In this document: in pieces, positions 36,932 to 47,632 of the stretch
Numbering within the stretch: position 1 is the first letter of the stretch
Layout of the letters: the number at the start of each line of letters is the position of its first letter
Source: Planctomycetota bacterium
GTDB lineage: Bacteria > Planctomycetota > SZUA-567 > H5-PLA8
Length of the DNA stretch: 64,000 nucleotides
Direction of reading: 5' to 3'
NCBI GenBank assembly: GCA_038227875.1
Contig: JBBRPR010000014.1
Location: 32,001 to 96,000 of the forward strand
The notes under the pieces: model-generated
Told to the model about the DNA's origin: nothing
Seen by the model: only the letters and a program-made list of their open reading frames with translations
The model's database searches: none
Translations under genes and position numbers: made by a program

Positions 36932-37603
36932 ATGGCGATGATCGCTTTCACGCGCAACTACCACGACCATTCCAACAACACCGGCTACCAGTTCGAATTC
37001 TTCTGCGACAAATGCGGCAACGGGCACCGTTCGCATTTCAAAGCCAGCAAGCTCGGCATGGCCGGCGAATTCATGCGCGCTGCGGGTAGTTTGTTCGGCG
37101 GCGCGTTCGGCAGCGCAGCCAGCGCCAGCGATCACATCAAGGACGCGCTACGCGGCCCGGCGTGGGACGACGCGTACAACCAGTGCGTCGAGGAAGCCAA
37201 GAGCCACTTCAAGCAGTGTACTCATTGTGGCAAGTGGGTCTGCCCGGAAGTGTGCTGGAACGCCGACCGCGGACAGTGCAAAGACTGCTCCCCGGACCTG
37301 ATCGAGGAAGCGACGTCGGCCCAGGCTCACGCCGCCAAGGAACAAGTCCAGGAAAAAGCGCGCGCCAGCGATCAGACCGATGGGTTGGACCTGACCAAGC
37401 ACATCTCGGTTCCCGCGCCGGCACCCGCTGCGCCTGCGCCGCACCTCTTGACCTGCCCGAGCTGCCACGCGGCGGGGCAGAGCGGAAAATTCTGCGCCGA
37501 ATGCGGCAAGCCGCTGGTTCCGCCGAAAACCGAATGCGGCACGTGCCACGCCAAGCTGGAAGCCAACGCGAAATTCTGCGGGGAGTGCGGCGCGAAAGTG
37601 TAG
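36932..37603 (+). CDS. multi zinc-ribbon protein (double zinc ribbon C-terminus)
   Basis: Many CxxC pairs (CDKC, CTHC, CKDC, CPSC, KFCAECG, CGTC, KFCGECG). Confidence 0.85.
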   Translation: MAMIAFTRNYHDHSNNTGYQFEFFCDKCGNGHRSHFKASKLGMAGEFMRAAGSLFGGAFGSAASASDHIKDALRGPAWDDAYNQCVEEAKSHFKQCTHCGKWVCPEVCWNADRGQCKDCSPDLIEEATSAQAHAAKEQVQEKARASDQTDGLDLTKHISVPAPAPAAPAPHLLTCPSCHAAGQSGKFCAECGKPLVPPKTECGTCHAKLEANAKFCGECGAKV

Positions 37604-37648
37604 TTCGCGTTGTTTGAGCAGTGGGGATATGGAGCCGCGGGATGATGG

Positions 37649-38266
37649 ATGTTTTTTGACTGCGTCAAATTATGGACGCGGCTGGGCGCGCAGTCGGACG
37701 CCGCGCCGGTGTTCCAGGACCTGCACACCCGCTACGCCGAGCGGCATCGGTACTATCACAATCTCAAGCATATCGGCGCCGTGCTGGTGGAATTCGCCTC
37801 GGCGCGGGAATTCTGCGCGCATCCCGATGACGTGGAAGTGGCGGCCTGGTTTCACGACGCGATTTACGATCCGAAAGCGAAGGACAACGAAGAACAGAGC
37901 GCCAAGCTCTGCGCGCACGCGCTGCTTAACGGCCGCGTCCATTCGGAGATCATCACCCGCGTCCACGCACTGATCCTGGCGACGAAGCACACGGCGGTGC
38001 CGGCGAATTCCGACGCCGCGGTGCTGGTCGATGCCGATCTGTCGATCCTGGGACAGCCGAAGGCCGATTTCGACGCGTACGAAGTTGCGATCCGGCAGGA
38101 GTATGCGTGGGTCGACGAGGCCGCGTTCCGCGAAGGCCGCGCCGCCATCCTGCAATCGTTCCTGGACCGCCCGAAGATTTTCACCACCGATTTTTTCGCG
38201 GGACGCTATGAGGCGGAGGCGCGGAAGAATTTGAGGCGCTCGCTCAGGGTGTTGAGGGCGAAGTGA
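37649..38266 (+). CDS. HD-superfamily metal-dependent phosphohydrolase (COG4339-like)
   Basis: RYYHNLKHI, WFHDAIYDP, DNEEQSA, ATKH, DADLSILG, IRQEY. Confidence 0.85.
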   Translation: MFFDCVKLWTRLGAQSDAAPVFQDLHTRYAERHRYYHNLKHIGAVLVEFASAREFCAHPDDVEVAAWFHDAIYDPKAKDNEEQSAKLCAHALLNGRVHSEIITRVHALILATKHTAVPANSDAAVLVDADLSILGQPKADFDAYEVAIRQEYAWVDEAAFREGRAAILQSFLDRPKIFTTDFFAGRYEAEARKNLRRSLRVLRAK

Positions 38267-38596
38267 GCGGATTGCGTGCGGACGTTGTAACCGAATGGCG
38301 ACGTGGTGTTGCGCTCGGCTCGGCGCTACGCTCTGCGCTCCGCTCGGCGTGCTGTGCTAGGTACTCTTCACTTCAAAATTGATAATTCAAAATTGCTCAC
38401 CGTTGCAGCCGGAGTCTTCGCGGCGGGTGCTCGTGCGGGTGCGCCAATTCTGCAATGCATTTTCCCCTGCGTGGGAACGCGGGGTGACTTAGGCCGCATT
38501 GTTCACCTATGACCTTTATTCCCCACGGATGGCATGGAGGGTGCCCGAAGGTCGAGCGCATTGCGATTTTGTGCGCTCTAAGTGGAGGAGCATGCC

Positions 38597-41500
38597 ATGC
38601 TTCACCTTCCATCTCGGGTCCATCCCGTCACGCTCACGGCTCTCTTTTCATTCTGCTTCTTCGCGGCGATTCCGGCGTGGGGCGCCAGCGCGCCGCCGTT
38701 TCGGGTGCCGCAACTTCCGACCAACGGACAGCAACCGGGGCCGATCGCAACTCTGGGAAACGGATACATCGCCATTCCGTACCAGGACCTGAGTAACCCC
38801 GCTCTGTTCAATCAAGTGGGTGTCAGTGTGTTTGATACCAATGGCGTGCGGGTCGGCGCGGAGATCATCGATCCCACGGCGCTCAATTATTCACCGGCGG
38901 CGGTGGCCGGCAGCGCCAGTAATACCTTCTGGGTGGTGTCCGATGTCTTCGACTTAAACAATCCTCCCGGTATGGGCAACTTCACCCGGATCATCGCCAC
39001 GCTTTACACGGTCAGCGGCAACACCGTTACGCGCGGCGTGGTCAAGACGATTGTCGACGACAGTTTCGACGGCTCCGACGACGAATCGGTCTCCGTCGCG
39101 CGACTGGCGAATGGAAATTACGTCGTCGCGTGGGGACATACCTCGGCGGATTTCGGCAGCGGTTCCACCCAAACGCGGACTTTCGACAGCAACTTTGCGC
39201 CGCTGAGTCCCCGCACCACGATCAGCTCGGGAGCGACCAGCACGCCGTTTACCTTCGAAGTCTCCGTCACGTCCAACGGGACGAACGTCGACGTGACGTA
39301 TAAGCCCAATTCCAACACCGGAATTTATGGTGTGGCGTTCACGGTGAACTCCGGCGGCGCGATTTCAGGCATCTCCGCGCCGGTCAACGTCTCAGCGGCG
39401 CTGGGCGGCAATCAGTCCTGGGGGCATCAGGAGCTGCCCGACGGAACAATTGTGGTTTTGTACAATACGCCGCAGGTGGGCGCGACCGGTGGCGATATGT
39501 ACGGCGCCATCTTCGGCGCGGGGTTCTCCGGGACGCCGTCGACGTTCCTGATCGCCACGGGCACGCCGGTGCCGCCCAACGGCGTGTATCAACCCGTGAG
39601 CGCGCAGGCGACGCTTTTTCCCAATGGCGGATTCATCGTGACGTACGCGCGGCCGACCGGCGGGCACCAGGCGGAGATTTACGCGCGGTTCTACGATTCG
39701 AATCACGCGCCACTGACCAACGAGTTCCTGGTCACCGTTCCGCAGGGCACGCCGGCCAACGGTGTTGAGAATCTGCGGCCGTATGTGACATCCGGAGTCG
39801 CGGGAGGCGGCGGGCTGGCGATTGCGTGGATGACGATGGACTTCACCGCCAGTTCCAACCCGAACACGGATGTGTACGCGCGGGTCTATGCCGACATCGG
39901 CCCGACCTCCAGCGGCGGAACGTCGTCGCTGGCAGCAGCGCTGGAAGATTCCAATCCGACTGGAGCCTCCGTCTCCTCGCTGATCACGGGGAATCAATAC
40001 AAATCGATGCTGAATCATCCGTTCGCCGGCGTGGCGGTGGTGGGCAATGCGGCGACGGCGCCGCAGGGTCAGTGGCAATATTCTTCGAATGCCGGAGCGT
40101 CCTGGAGCAGTGTGGCGACGACCGTCTCCGCAACCAACGCCACGATCATCGGCGCGGGCGATTTGATCCGCTTCCAACCCAGCAGCAATTGGAACGGAAC
40201 GCCGGGCGCTCTGACTGTGCGCGTCTGGGACGGGCAGGATGGCTTCGTCGCCGACTCCACGGCGCAGAACATTTCTCAATACATTTTTGATACGAGCGGA
40301 ATCACGCAGACGACAGCGTCGTTCACCGGAGCTTTTGCCGGAACGACTGTTTTCTTCGCTACCAGCATCACGGCGGTGAACGACGCGCCAATGACGACGG
40401 GAAGTGCGGTGACATTGACCGCGATCAACGAAGACACGCTGAATCCTGCCGGACAAGCGGTCTCGTCGGCGGTTGCGGCGCTGTTCTCTGATGCGACAGA
40501 CGCGGTCGCGGGCGGGTCGTCGGCCAATACGCTGGCCGGCATCGCGATTTCCGGAAATGCGGAAGCGGGGGAAGGCACGTGGCAGTGGTTCAACGGTTCT
40601 TCGTTCGTCAACGTGGGAACGTCGGTCTCCAACAGTTCGGCGCTGATCCTGGCTGCGGGAACCACCGTGCGCTTCGTTCCGGCGCTGAATTTCAATGGCG
40701 CGGCACCACAGCTCACGGCGCGTCTGATCGACAATTCCAGCGGTGCGGTGACGGCGGGAAGCACGGTAAACTTCGTCGCGACGGGAACTGGCGGGACCAC
40801 GCCATACAGCGCGGCGACGTTTGGAATCGGCGAGGTGATCAATCCCGTCAACGATCCGCCCGTGCTGGTCAACACCGCCACGCCTGTGGCTGCCACCGAG
40901 CAGACTGCGGCGCTGCTCAGCAGCACCATCACGGTCAGCGACGTGGAACTGGATGCGTTGAACGGCGGGGCGGGGGACTATGCCGGTGCCACACTGACTG
41001 TCGCGCGGCTGGTGGGGCAGATGCCGGAGGACGTGTTCGGCTTCGATCCGGCCGGCGCGGGGTTCACGATCTCAAGTGGGAACCTGCAAAGTGGCGGGCT
41101 GTCTTTTGGATCGTTCACCAGCGGGTCGGGTGTGTTGAACATCACATTCACCAGTTCTGGAACCGCTGCGACCCAGGCCTTGGTGCGCAGCGTTTTGCAG
41201 CACATCACGTATACCAACACCAGCGACGATCCGCCGGCGACCGTCTCGTTTACCTATGTTTTTCACGACGGCAATACCGGCAGCCAGGGTTCTGGCGGTA
41301 CGCTGGTCGGACAGGCTGTGGCCGTGGTGAATATCGCGGGGGTCAACGACGCGCCGTGGGTGACCGTACCCCTTGGCATTCAGACGGCGCTTAAAGAGGC
41401 CGACGCGCCGATCGTTGGAATTGTCTGCTACGATTTGGATGCGGGTGCCGGCTCGATCACCGCGACGTTGTTTGTCTCCCACGGCACGCTGAATGTCGTG

Positions 41501-44500
41501 GCCAGCGGCGGCGCGTCGATCACCGGCAATTCGACGGGGACGCTCACGATCAGCGGCACGCTCACGCAGGTCAACACAGCGCTCACCGCCTTCAACAATT
41601 TCCTATACCACGGTAATGCTGGATACACGGGCGTGGATCAGGTGAGCATTAATGTCAACGACAACGGCAACACGGGAGCCGGCGGACCGCTGCAGGCGCA
41701 GGGCAGCATCACGCTATACGTGGTCGAGCCGGTGACGGTGACCAGCGGCAACCTTGCGACATTCACCGTCGGGTTACCGGGGACGTTCACGGTGACCACC
41801 AGCGCGTCGTTCCCCACCGCGGCCTTGAGTGAAGTCGGCGCGCTGCCTGCAGGGGTGACGTTCGTCGACAACGGCGACGGCACCGCGACACTCAGCGGCA
41901 CGCCAGGTCCAGGAACCGGCGGGGTTTACCCATTGGTCATTGCTGCCCTGAATGGCGTGCCGCCGGTCGCACTCCAGAATTTCACGCTCTCGGTCAATCA
42001 GGCGCCGACGTTCACCAGCGCCAATGCCTTCTCCTTTGTCGCCGGACAACTGGGACAATTCTATGTCACCACCGGGCCGGATTACCCCACCGCCACGACG
42101 CTTACCTGTGCGGAACCATTGCCCATTGGCCTGCATTTCCACGATCTCCATAACGGCACAGCGTTCCTGGTCGGAATAGCGAATGCCGGAACCGGCGGCG
42201 TGTACACGCTGCATTTCACCGCCAGCAACGGAGTTGCTCCGGACGCGACGCAAACGTTTACGCTGACGGTTTACGAAGCGCCCACGATCAGCAGTGTTGA
42301 CTCCGCCACATTCACGGCGGGGGTGGCTGGGACCTTTACGGTGACGACCGCGCACTGTTACCCCGTGGCCTCGTTTATGCTGATGCCCTCGTTGCCTGCA
42401 GGCTTGAACTTTGTAGACGCGGGAGATGGCACGGCCACGATCAGTGGAACCCCAGCGTCGGGATTCAGCGGAATTCACCCGCAATTAATTCTGGCCAACA
42501 ACGGCGTTTCGCCCCTCGGAGCACAAACACTTATTCTCACGATCAATGAGGGCCCGTCGATCACCAGCAATACCACCACCACATTTACCGTGGGAAGTCT
42601 GGGACAGTTCACCATCACCACCGGACTGCACTTCCCGCTAAATACGGTGCTCAGTTGTTCGGGCGCGCTGCCCGCGGGTGTTCATTTTATCGATGACTCA
42701 GACGGCACGGGGCGATTGATTGGAATTCCAAGCGCTGGTACCGGTGGCGCGTACAGCCTCACGCTCACCGCCAGCAATGGCATCGTTCCAGATGGGACGC
42801 AGACGTTCACGCTCGTCGTCCGGGAAGCACCGCGGATCAGCAGCGCCGATACAGCCATGTTCACTGCCAGCCAGGCCGGAACGTTTACAATTACCACCGA
42901 CCGCGGTTACCCGGCGCCTGCGCTGTCCATCACGGGCGCACTGCCGAGCGGCGTGAGCTGCGTGGATGCTGGCAACGGTACCGCGACGCTCAGCGGAACG
43001 CCGGCCGCGGGAACAGGCGGCGTTTACAGCGTCACGATCACCGCGCAGAATGGCATCTCGTCCAATGCGACTCAGAACTTCACGCTCACCGTCAATGAAG
43101 CGCCGTCGTTCACCAGCGCCAACGCGGCGACGTTCGTCGCCGGAGCCGCTCATACGTTCACCGTCACCACGGGGCATGCGTATCCGGCGGCCGTGACGGT
43201 CAGCTCGTCGGGAACCTTGCCGACGGGCGTGACCTTCACCGACAACGGCAACGGCACGGCGACTCTGGCCGGAACTCCCGCCGATGGCACGGGCGGTCTT
43301 TTCTCGCTGCCCTTCACCGCCAGCAACGGTATCGCGCCGGATGCGACGCAGAACTTCATACTGACCGTCAATGAAGCGCCGACGATCACCAGCGCCAACG
43401 GGGCCACGTTCGCGGTGGGAAGCGCGGGCAGCTTTACGATCACCACCGGACATTGCTACCCGGTGCCTGCGCTGTCGCAGCTGGGGTTCCTGATTCCGAA
43501 TTTGAGCGTCGTGGATCGGGGCGACGGCACCGCGACGTTGAGCGGAACGCCGGCTGCTGAAACCGCGGGGGTGTTTACCTTCACGCTCGTCGCCAGCAAT
43601 GGGGTGGCTCCCGATGCGCATCAGGTTTTCTTTCTGATCGTCAACGTGCCGACAATCACGGTCTCTCCCACCACGTTGAAGAAGGGCACGGTGGGCACCC
43701 CGTACAGTCAGACCGTGTCGGCGGCGGGTGCCGGTTCGGTCGCGCCGTACAGCTTTGCCGTCTCGTCCGGTGCGCTGCCGGGCGGGCTGAACTTGTCGAG
43801 TGCCGGCGTGATCAGTGGGACGCCGACGACCAAGGGCGTCTTCACCTTTACGGTGCAGGCGACGGATTCCAGTGGTGGGTCCGGTCCTTATCAAGGCGCA
43901 TCGGCGGTCACGATTCTGATCGACGAACGCACGCCGCCGGTGGTGACGCAGCAGCCTTCCGGAATCAGCATCTTCACTGGAATGACCGCGACGCTGACGG
44001 TGGCCGCCAGCGGCCAGTCGCTCAGCTATCAGTGGTATCAGGGCGGCAGCGGGGACACGAGCCAGCCCGTCGCTGGTGCGACCGGCAATGCGTTTACTAC
44101 GCCTGCTCAGACGGTCACCACGTCGTACTGGGTGCGTGTCAGCAACTCGGGTGGCTTCACCGACAGCAATGCAGCGCTGGTTACCGTCGTGCCGCCGCCG
44201 CTGATCAATGGCGGTTCGCCCAGTGGCGAAGTGGGCACCGGTGGGCCGATCATCAACGCGCAGATGCCGTTCAGCGTCGATGTTCCAGGCGGCACCACGG
44301 TGACCTGGAACTTCGGCGACGGCTCCACGGCAACCGGTTCCAGCGCCATCCACATCTACACTGCGCCAGGCACGTACACGGTGACGACGACGCTGACCGA
44401 CCCAAGCGGCCAGCAGACGGCACAAACGTCGACGATCGTGATCAAGCCCACGCCGATGCGCATCACGTCGGGCAACTTCATTCTGAATTCCGGCAACGAT

Positions 44501-44884
44501 CGCGCGATCCTGACGGGACTGGTTCACGTGGCGGGTGGTTCGGTGCTCAATCAACAGACGGTGACCGTCGACGTGGGTGGCAACGTTCAGACCTTCACGC
44601 TGAATGCGCGGGGTCAAGGCCGCAGCGGAGCCAGTTCCTTCAGTCTCCGCGCGCGAATGAAGGGCAATTCAAAAGTGACAGCCGACTACGAAGCGCCGAT
44701 CAAGATCGTGTTGAGCGGAGAATTGGGGACGGCGCTGCGTGCGAATTCCAGCCTCGATGCGCAGGGGTTCCCGACACGCGTGACAGTGCTGGTGCAGTTT
44801 AACGGTGGATATTTTGGAGACTCCGCACCGCTGAAATTCAAAGTCGGACCCAACGGTGTCGCGACGGCGAAGGGAAAATTCTGA
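38597..44884 (+). CDS. giant secreted/surface protein: cadherin-like repeats, tandem putative Ig repeats, Ig, PKD and a basic C-terminal domain
   Basis: GGAGGAG RBS and signal peptide; VNDAP/VNDPP cadherin-like linkers; seven ~92-aa LPxG..FxDxGxGTAT.SGTP repeats plus one He_PIG-type unit; SYQWY Ig; WNFGDG PKD. Confidence 0.85.
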   Translation: MLHLPSRVHPVTLTALFSFCFFAAIPAWGASAPPFRVPQLPTNGQQPGPIATLGNGYIAIPYQDLSNPALFNQVGVSVFDTNGVRVGAEIIDPTALNYSPAAVAGSASNTFWVVSDVFDLNNPPGMGNFTRIIATLYTVSGNTVTRGVVKTIVDDSFDGSDDESVSVARLANGNYVVAWGHTSADFGSGSTQTRTFDSNFAPLSPRTTISSGATSTPFTFEVSVTSNGTNVDVTYKPNSNTGIYGVAFTVNSGGAISGISAPVNVSAALGGNQSWGHQELPDGTIVVLYNTPQVGATGGDMYGAIFGAGFSGTPSTFLIATGTPVPPNGVYQPVSAQATLFPNGGFIVTYARPTGGHQAEIYARFYDSNHAPLTNEFLVTVPQGTPANGVENLRPYVTSGVAGGGGLAIAWMTMDFTASSNPNTDVYARVYADIGPTSSGGTSSLAAALEDSNPTGASVSSLITGNQYKSMLNHPFAGVAVVGNAATAPQGQWQYSSNAGASWSSVATTVSATNATIIGAGDLIRFQPSSNWNGTPGALTVRVWDGQDGFVADSTAQNISQYIFDTSGITQTTASFTGAFAGTTVFFATSITAVNDAPMTTGSAVTLTAINEDTLNPAGQAVSSAVAALFSDATDAVAGGSSANTLAGIAISGNAEAGEGTWQWFNGSSFVNVGTSVSNSSALILAAGTTVRFVPALNFNGAAPQLTARLIDNSSGAVTAGSTVNFVATGTGGTTPYSAATFGIGEVINPVNDPPVLVNTATPVAATEQTAALLSSTITVSDVELDALNGGAGDYAGATLTVARLVGQMPEDVFGFDPAGAGFTISSGNLQSGGLSFGSFTSGSGVLNITFTSSGTAATQALVRSVLQHITYTNTSDDPPATVSFTYVFHDGNTGSQGSGGTLVGQAVAVVNIAGVNDAPWVTVPLGIQTALKEADAPIVGIVCYDLDAGAGSITATLFVSHGTLNVVASGGASITGNSTGTLTISGTLTQVNTALTAFNNFLYHGNAGYTGVDQVSINVNDNGNTGAGGPLQAQGSITLYVVEPVTVTSGNLATFTVGLPGTFTVTTSASFPTAALSEVGALPAGVTFVDNGDGTATLSGTPGPGTGGVYPLVIAALNGVPPVALQNFTLSVNQAPTFTSANAFSFVAGQLGQFYVTTGPDYPTATTLTCAEPLPIGLHFHDLHNGTAFLVGIANAGTGGVYTLHFTASNGVAPDATQTFTLTVYEAPTISSVDSATFTAGVAGTFTVTTAHCYPVASFMLMPSLPAGLNFVDAGDGTATISGTPASGFSGIHPQLILANNGVSPLGAQTLILTINEGPSITSNTTTTFTVGSLGQFTITTGLHFPLNTVLSCSGALPAGVHFIDDSDGTGRLIGIPSAGTGGAYSLTLTASNGIVPDGTQTFTLVVREAPRISSADTAMFTASQAGTFTITTDRGYPAPALSITGALPSGVSCVDAGNGTATLSGTPAAGTGGVYSVTITAQNGISSNATQNFTLTVNEAPSFTSANAATFVAGAAHTFTVTTGHAYPAAVTVSSSGTLPTGVTFTDNGNGTATLAGTPADGTGGLFSLPFTASNGIAPDATQNFILTVNEAPTITSANGATFAVGSAGSFTITTGHCYPVPALSQLGFLIPNLSVVDRGDGTATLSGTPAAETAGVFTFTLVASNGVAPDAHQVFFLIVNVPTITVSPTTLKKGTVGTPYSQTVSAAGAGSVAPYSFAVSSGALPGGLNLSSAGVISGTPTTKGVFTFTVQATDSSGGSGPYQGASAVTILIDERTPPVVTQQPSGISIFTGMTATLTVAASGQSLSYQWYQGGSGDTSQPVAGATGNAFTTPAQTVTTSYWVRVSNSGGFTDSNAALVTVVPPPLINGGSPSGEVGTGGPIINAQMPFSVDVPGGTTVTWNFGDGSTATGSSAIHIYTAPGTYTVTTTLTDPSGQQTAQTSTIVIKPTPMRITSGNFILNSGNDRAILTGLVHVAGGSVLNQQTVTVDVGGNVQTFTLNARGQGRSGASSFSLRARMKGNSKVTADYEAPIKIVLSGELGTALRANSSLDAQGFPTRVTVLVQFNGGYFGDSAPLKFKVGPNGVATAKGKF

Positions 44885-44934
44885 GGCCATTATTGACCAC
44901 GGTGCGCTGGGGTCAGCGCAGCGGTGACGGACAG

Positions 44935-44974
44935 GTCAGGAAGAAATTCTCGCAGCTGAGAATTTCTTCCTGAC
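44935..44974. promoter_or_regulatory. perfect 17-bp-arm inverted repeat upstream of the hydrogenase operon
   Basis: GTCAGGAAGAAATTCTC-N6-GAGAATTTCTTCCTGAC with no U-tract. Confidence 0.45.
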
Positions 44975-45139
44975 GTTGAGAACGTTAAAATTTATGCAGT
45001 GGGGATGGCTCAAATTACAAAGATCAAATCGAACTGGACTTGCATGTAATTTCAGGCACAAACACGGCTGGCACTTTATGTGCACATCCCGATCACAGCA
45101 GATGCACGTCAAAACGTTCAACTCCTGGCAGGATGAACC

Positions 45140-46285
45140 GTGTCGAACCTGTGTAAAGTCGGCGAGAACTGGGTGCTGTCGCGAGCGAAGCTCCAGGGCT
45201 TAATCGATGCGCTGACGGGCAGCGGGTACCAGGTGATCGCACCCACGGTTCGCGATCAGGCTATCGTCTACGACCGGATTTTCAACGAGCGCGAATTGCC
45301 GGTGGGCTTCACCGACGAACAGGACGGCGGGAAGTACCGCCTCAAGCGGCGCAGCGACGAGTCCGTGTTTGGATTCGCTGTCGGGCCGACCTCGTGGAAG
45401 CGGTTTTTGCATCCGCCCATTTTTAAACTCTGGGGCGCTGCGAAAACGGACGTCGGCATCGCCTTCAAACCCAACACGGATCCCGTGCCGAAGTACGCTT
45501 TTCTGGGCGTGCGGGCGTGCGAACTTCAGGCCATCGGTGTTCAAGATCGCGTGTTCATGACGCCGCCGTTTATCGATTCGGTTTACGCTCAGCGCCGCGA
45601 ACTGGCGTTGATCGTAGCGTTGAATTGTTCGATGTCGGGCGGGACGTGTTTTTGTGCGTCGATGAACACCGGACCGAAAGTCAGCTCCGGCTACGACCTG
45701 GCGCTGACGGAACTGCTCGGCGGCGGCGCGCACAACTTTCTGCTGCATGTCGGTTCGGAAAAAGGCGCGCAGATCGCGTCGCAGCTCGAACTGGAGCCGG
45801 CCACCGCCACGCACACCAACGCCGCGGACGCGGTCGTCGCGCACACGGCCAGCACGATGGGCCGTCAGCTGGATATCAGTGGCGTAAAGGAATTGCTGGC
45901 GTCGAATCTGGAGCACCCTCGCTGGGATGCCGTCGCGGCGCGCTGCGAATCGTGCGCAAATTGTACGATGGTTTGCCCGACCTGCTTCTGTACGACGGTT
46001 GAGGACGTGACCGATCTGGCCGGACAGAATACCGAGCACCAGCGGCGCTGGGATTCGTGCTTCACGTCTGATTTTTCGCACGTTCACGGCGGCAGCGTGC
46101 GGCAGAGCACCAAGTCGCGCTACCGCCAGTGGCTGACGCACAAGCTCTCGACGTGGCACGATCAGTTTGGAACTTCCGGCTGTGTGGGTTGCGGGCGCTG
46201 CATCACGTGGTGTCCGGTGGGCATTGATCTGACCGAGGAAGTGCGTGCCATTCGCGAAGAACCGAAAGCGGAGGCGAAAGCGTAA
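45140..46285 (+). CDS. group 3b [NiFe]-hydrogenase (sulfhydrogenase) beta Fe-S subunit
   Basis: [55 protein letters not shown]. Confidence 0.9.
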   Translation: MSNLCKVGENWVLSRAKLQGLIDALTGSGYQVIAPTVRDQAIVYDRIFNERELPVGFTDEQDGGKYRLKRRSDESVFGFAVGPTSWKRFLHPPIFKLWGAAKTDVGIAFKPNTDPVPKYAFLGVRACELQAIGVQDRVFMTPPFIDSVYAQRRELALIVALNCSMSGGTCFCASMNTGPKVSSGYDLALTELLGGGAHNFLLHVGSEKGAQIASQLELEPATATHTNAADAVVAHTASTMGRQLDISGVKELLASNLEHPRWDAVAARCESCANCTMVCPTCFCTTVEDVTDLAGQNTEHQRRWDSCFTSDFSHVHGGSVRQSTKSRYRQWLTHKLSTWHDQFGTSGCVGCGRCITWCPVGIDLTEEVRAIREEPKAEAKA

Positions 46286-46287
46286 TC

Positions 46288-46791
46288 ATGGAGACACTCG
46301 AGCCGATTCTTTCCGAACATCCATTTTTCAAAGACCTGCCGCAGTCGTATCTGCATCTGATTACGGGCTGCGCGTCGAATACCACGTTTGAGGAAGGGGA
46401 ATTCATTTTTCGGGAAGGACACGAAGCGAATAATTTCTATCTGCTCCGCCAGGGCCGCGTGGCGCTGGAAATTTCCGTTCCCTCGCACGCACCGATTGTG
46501 CTCAAGACGCTGGACGCCGGGGAGATCCTGGGCTGGTCGTGGCTGGTCTCTCCCTACCATTGGATGATGGACGCACGCGCGGTGGAATTGACGCGCGCCA
46601 TCGCACTGGACGGACCGTGCCTGCGCAAGAAATGCGAAGCCGACGGTGCTCTGGGCTACGATCTGCTGAAACGCTTTGCGCACGTCATGGAGCAGGAACT
46701 TCAGGCGGCGCGGTTGCAGTTGATTGATGTCTACGGCCGGCCCACGGCTCCGGCTGCGCCTGGCGCCATCGGAAAGGAGCGGAAAGCATGA
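46288..46791 (+). CDS. stand-alone cyclic-nucleotide-binding (Crp-like sensor) domain protein
   Basis: [34 protein letters not shown]; no HTH domain. Confidence 0.85.
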   Translation: METLEPILSEHPFFKDLPQSYLHLITGCASNTTFEEGEFIFREGHEANNFYLLRQGRVALEISVPSHAPIVLKTLDAGEILGWSWLVSPYHWMMDARAVELTRAIALDGPCLRKKCEADGALGYDLLKRFAHVMEQELQAARLQLIDVYGRPTAPAAPGAIGKERKA

Positions 46792-47627
46792 GCTGCGTTT
46801 CCGATCCGATGCTGCCGAAGTCTTTCCGCGTCAGCCGCGTGAAGACCGAGACCGCCGATACGTTCACGCTGGATCTGCATCCGCAGGATGATGCCGCCAT
46901 GGGCATGGCTTTTGAGCCCGGGCAATTCAACATGCTCTACGTTTTCGGCCAGGGTGAAGTGCCGATTTCGATCAGCGGCGATCCGGCTCAACCGAACACG
47001 CTGGTACACACCATTCGCGCAGTCGGCGGCGTGACGGAAGCGCTGCAGCGTTGCCGCAAAGGTGACATGATCGGCGTACGTGGGCCGTTTGGTACGCCGT
47101 GGCCGGTCAGCGCCGCACACGGGAAGGACGTAATCATCGCCGCGGGCGGGCTGGGGCTCGCGCCGCTGCGCCCGGTGGTCTACCAGGTGTTGAACACGCG
47201 CGAAAAGTTCGGCAAGGTGACGCTGCTTTACGGAACGCGGTCGCCCGACGACATTTTGTTCGAAAAGGAATTGGAGAAGTGGCGCGGGCGCTTCGATTTC
47301 GACGTTCACGTTGCCGTGGCGACCGCGACGCCGAAGTGGCGCGGCATCGTCGGCTTCATCACGGCGTTGATTCCGAAAGCGAATTTCGACCCGGCCAACG
47401 CCGCGGTCTTCGCCTGCGGTCCGGAATTGATGATGCGCGTGACGGCCAACGAATTCATCAAGCGCGGCGTGCCGCTGAATCAGACCTTTGTTTCGATGGA
47501 ACGGAACATGAAATGCGCTGTGGGATTCTGTGGCCATTGCCAGCTTGGTCCCACCTTCATCTGCAAGGACGGGCCGGTCTTTCCGTACAACCGCATCCGC
47601 GATTTGATGCTCGTGAGGGAGCTCTGA
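46788..47627 (+). CDS. group 3b hydrogenase gamma subunit (FAD/NAD(P)-binding, 2Fe-2S)
   Basis: [56 protein letters not shown]. Confidence 0.9.
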   Translation: MSCVSDPMLPKSFRVSRVKTETADTFTLDLHPQDDAAMGMAFEPGQFNMLYVFGQGEVPISISGDPAQPNTLVHTIRAVGGVTEALQRCRKGDMIGVRGPFGTPWPVSAAHGKDVIIAAGGLGLAPLRPVVYQVLNTREKFGKVTLLYGTRSPDDILFEKELEKWRGRFDFDVHVAVATATPKWRGIVGFITALIPKANFDPANAAVFACGPELMMRVTANEFIKRGVPLNQTFVSMERNMKCAVGFCGHCQLGPTFICKDGPVFPYNRIRDLMLVREL

Positions 47628-47632
47628 TCCCC

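Noticed and set aside
42698..44617. 639-aa Arg-rich minus-strand ORF
   Set aside because: Antisense to the Thr/Val-rich Ig repeats; its composition is explained by the sense codons.
45010..45100. FNR or CRP box upstream of the hydrogenase operon
   Set aside because: Only half-sites (ATCAA; TGTGC...TCACA with wrong spacing) are present.
46788..47627. Anaerobic sulfite reductase AsrAB or dihydroorotate dehydrogenase PyrK call
   Set aside because: Homologous folds, but the adjacent [NiFe] small and large subunits identify them as group 3b hydrogenase subunits; there is no AsrC.
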